DNA of 61,539 nucleotides from Macrostomum lignano (taxonomy: Eukaryota), in contig NIVC01000770.1 of NCBI GenBank assembly GCA_002269645.1, positions 1 to 61,539 of the forward strand. The letters are read 5' to 3'. Position numbers and translations under genes: made by a program. The notes under the pieces were generated by a model. That model saw only the letters and a program-made list of their open reading frames with translations, searched no databases and was not told the DNA's origin. Position 1 is the stretch's first letter, and each line of letters begins with the position of its first letter. This document shows positions 60,922 through 61,539 of the stretch, piece after piece.

Positions 60922-61539
60922 ATTGGGTAATAACCTACGCGCTTGTTCCACAGTCGTACCCATTTGTTGCGCTATTAGTATGAGCTCGTATATACATGTA
61001 TTAGCTTACATGTATTTAGCGTGTATGTGCATGCCCGTTGCAATCATCGCAGCAATTGCTTCTCAATATTTCCAAATTTTTCATTACACGAAACGCGACA
61101 GGCAGCGCAGCTCCAATTTTTCACTTCCGCTTCCAAGCCCAAGTGAATGCAGAGCCATAGTCTGACTCGAGGTGCTGCCTTTGTGCTCGACCTGATCTAC
61201 TCAGCGGGGGAGCATGTCGGCTGCTCAGTCCGAGGGGGACCCTCTCTACTCTAAATGAGTAACCGTGTTTTTTAATCACAGTGATTTTCGCCAATCTGTG
61301 ACCCCCGACTTATCTAAAGGAAAGCGCAGTGGCCCCTCTCGTGCACGCGAATTCAGGATTGGCACAGATGTCTGTCTGCAGCATCACCTCTCTCTCTCTC
61401 CATCCTTATTGCTCACGCGCCGCGCCACATGGGCTCCGCTGGATTAGGAAATTTGCCTGCCTCCCGGCTGACTCTTCATAATTATAATTGCTCCCCTTTC
61501 TGCCCAACCCCCCTCCAGTGTTGCCTCACAATATCCGCT

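Noticed and set aside
1-61539. Species assignment (GC-rich exons, AT-rich introns and abundant minisatellites suggested a flatworm such as Macrostomum)
   Set aside because: An impression from genome architecture only; it needs a TM9SF2 BLAST or phylogeny.

Overview
Eukaryotic (probably invertebrate animal) genomic DNA in two parts. (1) Positions 1-~45,206 are one tandem array of a 234-bp unit (~193 copies, ~60% GC). It forms the body of a minus-strand reading frame that starts in unique sequence at or above 46,922. That frame encodes ~570 aa of unique sequence, then an acidic 78-aa repeat (ADLPVPDERGLLQEHEAFDKMYVYAEECVSWEEEAAHFEEERVPPALAREEELWRREEKKHFFEAVEEEAKKKPSAEE). The Glu-rich frame is unbroken for ~14,100 codons. 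The array runs off the window start, and its only defects are seven small deletions in the leftmost 4.6 kb, which may be consensus errors. (2) About 1.26 kb away, head-to-head, is a complete 6-exon TM9SF2-type (nonaspanin) gene on the + strand (48,183-56,659; 660 aa after splicing). Its introns and 3' flank carry foldback elements, four unrelated 29-32-bp minisatellites and a 14-bp GC-rich satellite. The best candidate for an undescribed system is the giant, possibly single-exon, titin/AHNAK-scale repeat protein. Its copy number and perfect homogeneity need read-level validation. No database searches were run; all counts are by hand.
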